DNA of 63,610 nucleotides from assembly GCA_021802655.1 (NCBI GenBank), contig JAJZRP010000005.1:1-63610 (forward strand), read 5' to 3'. The stretch comes from Pseudomonadota bacterium (lineage in GTDB: Bacteria; Pseudomonadota; Gammaproteobacteria; Burkholderiales; JABEVD01). The position numbers and the translations under genes were made by a program. Of the stretch, positions 59,632 to 63,610 are shown in pieces; position 1 is the stretch's first letter; each line of letters starts with the position of its first letter. The notes below the pieces were generated by a model, which saw only the letters and a list, made by a program, of their open reading frames with translations, did not search any database and was not told where the DNA came from.

Positions 59632-60057
59632 TTAATTTGAACTTGCATTAATCCAGTTCTGTCGAAAATGCTCTGCTTTTCCCCGCTCCCTTTCAAGAGC
59701 TATCTTTAGCCTTGCGTTCTCTTGGCGGACTTCCCCCAACTCCATCTTTAGCCGTCCAATCTTGTTCCGAAGCAATGCCTCAATATGACGAGCTTCCTCT
59801 GAAGTTCGAGATGGAACTGTCACCCCATCGATCTCGATAGCTGTCGATCGGTCTCCCTCACGGAAGCTGGAAATGGCATCCTTGAAGTTGTTGTAGAGGT
59901 ACTGGCGGCTTACATTTGCGAGGGTAGCGATCGCTTTGAAGGTAATTGTTTCGTTGCGCTGCTTAAGCAGCTCGATTGCATCTTCAACAGCCCGGCGCTT
60001 CTTCAGACTGCGTTGCTCCCTGGCGTGACGAACTCCATCGAGATTGTCGGTGCTCAT
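59632..60057 (-). CDS. tnpC: Tn554 TnpC-like accessory protein (DUF6262-like HTH + coiled coil)
   Basis: ITFKAIATLANVSRQYLY HTH, C-terminal coiled coil; overlaps the tnpB stop by 4 bp. Confidence 0.75.
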   Translation of the reverse strand: MSTDNLDGVRHAREQRSLKKRRAVEDAIELLKQRNETITFKAIATLANVSRQYLYNNFKDAISSFREGDRSTAIEIDGVTVPSRTSEEARHIEALLRNKIGRLKMELGEVRQENARLKIALERERGKAEHFRQNWINASSN

Positions 60058-62171
60058 TGCTCTGTCTCCAGTGATATTTTCTTGAGCTGCTGCTCGCCAC
60101 CTTGATATTGGCCATCGGACTCAATAGCCGTAACAATTGCACTGAGTCTTTTGTAAACCTCTTTGTTCTTGGCAAGTCGTCGTTTGGTGATCTCTGACAT
60201 TCTTGCCCGGCCAAGTTCTTCAAGGGCGAGGGTCTCTTCCTGTTGGACTTCAATCAGGTTGATAATTGACCCGCGCTCGGCTTTGAAGAACTCGATATCC
60301 TTGGCGTCGGCACGATAGTGCTTGCACGTGTAGCAGGCATTGGCGTGTTCGCACCAGTCACCTATCTGGGCGGGCATAGTACAGGCGCCGCCGCACACGC
60401 GCGTGGCACTAATCTGTTCCTTTCGAACCAGCAACTCTGACACACGATCATCAACCCTGCCTTCAATGGTATAGAAACGGCCGCCACCGTTTTCCAATAG
60501 CGCCTTTTTCTTCAGCTCAAGCCTGTTATTGATGTACACAGTTGCCATATCAGGGCTAGCATGACCCAGCTCCATCATGATGGATAGGACGTCGTGGCCA
60601 GCCATCGCGAGAGACGTGCCTTTTGTATGCCGGAGAGGGTGCCAGGAAAAGGCTAGGGGGGCTCCGTTATCTGTCAGTATATTATGCTTAACGCACTGGC
60701 GCTTGATTTCATTCGCAGTGTAGCTAGGAGCAATAAAGCTCTCGTGAGTACCGTTGAATACCGGAAAAAGGTACTTAGTGGCCTTTCCGTATTTCTTGAC
60801 CACATCCGTTCGCTGTGCCTCAACGATTTCAATAAGATCAGCGTGCGCAGAATCTTTCTTGTGCAGCGGCTTAATGTTCCACTTTCTAACCTTATTCTGC
60901 CAGAAAGTAAGTAGCATAAACTCATTGTCGTTCGGGTCTTGTTCAAGGCAATCAAAAAGCACGGCGTGGCCATCTTCGGCACGCATCCCTGTCCCAAGAA
61001 TAAGTGCGAAAATTCTTGGGACAGGGAGAGGGGCATCTTCTACAGCCACGCGTATGTCATCGACTACCCTTTGTGAATAGGATCTATTTGCCCCTTCCTG
61101 AACATAGCCGATTCTTCCAAGCCCTTCCTTGTAATGGGTCTTTTTAATCTTCTTTATGGCCCTATTAGATACTGAAAGAGAAGGCCACTTGTCGGGCCAT
61201 TTTCGTGATGCAGTAGACAGTACTGCAAGGCAGTCTGTGAACCAGTTCTTCCCTGCGAGCCCCTTTTTATTTCCCCAAGCGACAAACTCATCCTCTATTA
61301 ATGTGTCGGTAATAAGCGAAGGGGAGGGGCAGGAAAACTTTTCATGCATGAAATTGCGAAAGTGAATCATCCTTCCAACGTAACCCGGTAGCGTTTTGGG
61401 CGCCAATTCGTCATGTTCAATTTTGTTAATGATGTGCTCTTTGATGGCAGGCCTTAACCATTCGGGAAATAAATAAAAGTTCACATATAGGTCACGTTGT
61501 CTTTGGTCATCTCTAAATCTGACATCGCGCTCAGAATAAAGATTATTTAGAAAAATAATGTTTCTCTGGTGAAATATTTTGAACTGTTCTTTCTGGATTA
61601 GAATTTTTTTGTGAAAATCTCCCACAATGGTTATTCTCCCAGGCAAATATTCTTTTTCTGTAATTTTCCCTGACCGAACATAGTCTATTTTTATATTCGC
61701 TCGGGAAGTGTTCACCGAAAAACCAGAATATGCGGTTACGAACTGCTGGTTATGCTCTTTTCGTGTTCTGTTCGAGGCCGTGTGACCACCGATAGGAAAC
61801 TCCGGATGAGGAATATCGGCCAAGCAGGATACACTGAATATTTTAAGTATGGTTTGCCACTCAACCCTGAACCATTCCATAGGTAAGCGTCGGCGTTCCA
61901 CATTACTCATGGAATTCATACGAGGATCAGCGAGCAGGCGAGCCCAGTATAGCTTAAGCTCCAAAGACAAAGGCGGTGGAATATCTTCAAAAATTATTGG
62001 GGTGCGAGCTCCAATATAATCATTGACCATCTGCGGAATGGATCGTATGAAGTCTTTATCCCAGATATCATGAGACAATAATAGAGGCGATATATCCGAT
62101 ATAGCCTTTTTCAGTTGGCTGGCATACAAGTCTGCATCACTGTTGGTGCTGTGAGCCAACCCTAAATCCAT
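60054..62171 (-). CDS. tnpB: Tyrosine recombinase, Tn554 TnpB-like
   Basis: GTGMR, HPLRH, LGHASPDMATVY catalytic set; C-terminal Cys cluster GACTMP..CEHANACYTC; 705 aa. Confidence 0.85.
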   Translation of the reverse strand: MDLGLAHSTNSDADLYASQLKKAISDISPLLLSHDIWDKDFIRSIPQMVNDYIGARTPIIFEDIPPPLSLELKLYWARLLADPRMNSMSNVERRRLPMEWFRVEWQTILKIFSVSCLADIPHPEFPIGGHTASNRTRKEHNQQFVTAYSGFSVNTSRANIKIDYVRSGKITEKEYLPGRITIVGDFHKKILIQKEQFKIFHQRNIIFLNNLYSERDVRFRDDQRQRDLYVNFYLFPEWLRPAIKEHIINKIEHDELAPKTLPGYVGRMIHFRNFMHEKFSCPSPSLITDTLIEDEFVAWGNKKGLAGKNWFTDCLAVLSTASRKWPDKWPSLSVSNRAIKKIKKTHYKEGLGRIGYVQEGANRSYSQRVVDDIRVAVEDAPLPVPRIFALILGTGMRAEDGHAVLFDCLEQDPNDNEFMLLTFWQNKVRKWNIKPLHKKDSAHADLIEIVEAQRTDVVKKYGKATKYLFPVFNGTHESFIAPSYTANEIKRQCVKHNILTDNGAPLAFSWHPLRHTKGTSLAMAGHDVLSIMMELGHASPDMATVYINNRLELKKKALLENGGGRFYTIEGRVDDRVSELLVRKEQISATRVCGGACTMPAQIGDWCEHANACYTCKHYRADAKDIEFFKAERGSIINLIEVQQEETLALEELGRARMSEITKRRLAKNKEVYKRLSAIVTAIESDGQYQGGEQQLKKISLETEQ

Positions 62172-63367
62172 TTTATTTCCCTTTCAGAAAGGTGTACGCC
62201 ACTGTCTCTGAACTCCCTGAGCCGCTTTTCAAGATTATCCGGGCCAGTAAGGTGCAGCTTACGTATTTCTGAGCTGAACAGGTGTTTATAGAAATCAAGT
62301 GTTGTTTGTGGGCTTGCATGACCTAGACGATCGGCCACAGCCAAGAGCCCATGTCCATCTGCAATCGCTTCGCTGGCATGCGTGTGCCGGAAGTTGTGCC
62401 AGGTGAATACGCACCCAGTTCGTTTAATGAGGTAGGTTTTAAGGTTTTCGGCATAGCTTTTCGATAAAGCGCGGCCGACGCGGCCACGTTGTACGTTACA
62501 GAAGACGTACTCTGTGCCAGATTCAAAAGCCGCCACGTACTCCTCGCTGGTCAGGTAGTCTTCGTACATTTCCAGCAGATAAGGCATTACTGGTATTGCT
62601 CGGGCGCGACCAGATTTGGCGCGGGCACCGTTTTCGTTGTCAGCGCGGGGTATGACCCAAATAATTTTTTCAGCCAAATCGATATCGGTATGGCGGAGGC
62701 CCAATGCCTCTCCTATCCTCATGCCAGTGTTGTACAGAAGGGTCAGGAGAAAGGCATCCCGAATCAGGTGGCAGGCCAGAATTAGATCCAAGACAATCTC
62801 CGGAGACATTCTCTTCAGAGTAACCCTTTTCTGGATCAGCCCCAAATCACCTCTCAGATATGGGTCTTTTTGGCGGGTATTCCTTCGCTGGTTGATATGC
62901 TCTAGGAATGGCTTATAGCTGTGCGTTCCCTGATAGCGGTTTGATTCGGTAACATTCGCAAAGGTCGGTGTTCTACCAGTTAGGTATCGGTAGAAGGACT
63001 TCACAGACAAATGGATCTGATTTCTCAGGGTTGGACTCAGCGGGGATATAGGGGCCACGGAAGAAGTCAGGTAGGCTAAGTTAGTGCCTGAGGGGGCGTT
63101 TCCCTCAAGGTGGTACGGGAGCCATTGTAGGAAACGGTCATAGTCCGTCACAGAAATGTCGGACAGGTCTTTCCTGCACGCCAGCAAATATGATCCTAGT
63201 CGGGCGACATGCCTAGCGTAGGCTTGGACGGTGTTCGGTGATTGATTAATCTGCTCAAGATGCACAATCCAGTCACGAATGCAGTCGATTGGTGTGCCGT
63301 CATCATCGACAACAGTCCATGAATAGCGCGAATCATCAAAACGGATCTTTACAAGTTCAAGTGCCAA
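62162..63367 (-). CDS. tnpA: Tyrosine recombinase, Tn554 TnpA-like
   Basis: SPNTVQAYA, TGMRIGE, AKSG, HNFRH, LGHASPQTTLDFY; likely TTG start at 63367 after GGAAG (ORF track starts at 63433). Confidence 0.9.
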   Translation of the reverse strand: MALELVKIRFDDSRYSWTVVDDDGTPIDCIRDWIVHLEQINQSPNTVQAYARHVARLGSYLLACRKDLSDISVTDYDRFLQWLPYHLEGNAPSGTNLAYLTSSVAPISPLSPTLRNQIHLSVKSFYRYLTGRTPTFANVTESNRYQGTHSYKPFLEHINQRRNTRQKDPYLRGDLGLIQKRVTLKRMSPEIVLDLILACHLIRDAFLLTLLYNTGMRIGEALGLRHTDIDLAEKIIWVIPRADNENGARAKSGRARAIPVMPYLLEMYEDYLTSEEYVAAFESGTEYVFCNVQRGRVGRALSKSYAENLKTYLIKRTGCVFTWHNFRHTHASEAIADGHGLLAVADRLGHASPQTTLDFYKHLFSSEIRKLHLTGPDNLEKRLREFRDSGVHLSEREIKWI

Positions 63368-63481
63368 ATCAAGCTTCCATGCACAGTATGGACAAGGTGT
63401 GCATATTCTGGCGGCATTAGCTTCAGGCCACAATTACAAATTCATTCTTTACATAGTGGACATAGACGCCATTGGTGTTCG

Positions 63482-63509
63482 TATTAACATAATATACATT
63501 ATGCGAAAT
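63482..63509 (-). other. dif: dif site (XerCD chromosome dimer resolution), reconstituted at the right junction
   Basis: Minus strand ATTTCGCATAA-TGTATA-TTATGTTAATA. The central 22 bp are identical to E. coli dif; the two outermost XerD-arm bases are altered. Confidence 0.92.
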
Positions 63510-63543
63510 AAGTATGTAAAAAGCGGGCAGTTGAACCGTAAGC

Positions 63544-63596
63544 TTGACAATGCCCTTCCGGCAGGCTATCAATGATAATCGGTCTTTTTTAGGAGG
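63544..63596 (+). promoter_or_regulatory. Sigma70-like promoter and RBS for the next gene (ATG 63602, runs off the window)
   Basis: TTGACA (63544-63549), 17-bp spacer, TATCAA (63567-63572); AGGAGG (63591-63596). Confidence 0.55.
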
Positions 63597-63610
63597 ATGA
63601 CATGAGACAC

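Larger units (their letters stand above)
53003..63491 (-). mobile_element. Tn554-like tyrosine-recombinase element (~10.5 kb) inserted in dif
   Basis: tnpA-tnpB-tnpC module; 8-bp direct repeat TTAACATA at 53003-53010 and 63484-63491; 13-bp inverted arms (10/13) inside; AT-richer than the flank; in-silico excision restores dif. Confidence 0.85.

Noticed and set aside
59632-63433. RIT element (recombinases in trio)
   Set aside because: Only two genes are tyrosine recombinases; the third is a small HTH/coiled-coil protein, which fits the Tn554 TnpABC layout.
52060-63610. CRISPR array, retron or integron cassette array in the accessory region
   Set aside because: No regularly spaced repeats, reverse transcriptase, cas genes or attC-like sites were seen by eye.

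Overview
Betaproteobacterial chromosome segment, probably near the replication terminus. Taxonomy is inferred from gene order and protein style, not from a database search. Bases 1 to ~52.1 kb are core genome: dapC-dapD-pilU-arsC-dapE-prmB, queF, smc-zipA-ligA-galU-hpt-MTAP-def, motAB, suhB, trmJ-cysE-iscR-desulfurase, glnD-map, rpsB-tsf-pyrH-frr-uppS-cdsA-dxr-rseP-bamA-skp-lpxD-fabZ-lpxA-lpxB-rnhB, typA, a DEAD-box helicase, surE-pcm-nlpD plus an orphan response regulator, and smpB-ratA-rnfH. The last ~11.4 kb is accessory and visibly AT-richer. Its main part is a ~10.5 kb element (53003-63491) carrying a Tn554-type tnpA-tnpB-tnpC module with two tyrosine recombinases. The element appears to have inserted into the XerD arm of the chromosomal dif site. 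It is bounded by an 8-bp direct repeat (TTAACATA) with 13-bp imperfect inverted arms just inside, and removing it in silico rebuilds a consensus dif. Its cargo is two candidate defence modules. One is a tightly coupled operon of a PHP/ABC-ATPase (TrlF/Ppl-like), a TauD-type 2OG-Fe(II) dioxygenase and a HEPN (RxxxxH)/Zn-ribbon protein. The other is a LOTUS/OST-HTH-like protein coupled to a His-rich unknown protein. A short, decayed, possibly filamentous-phage-derived relic lies just left of the split dif. I found no rRNA, tRNA or CRISPR array. All calls were made by eye from motifs; no searches were run.
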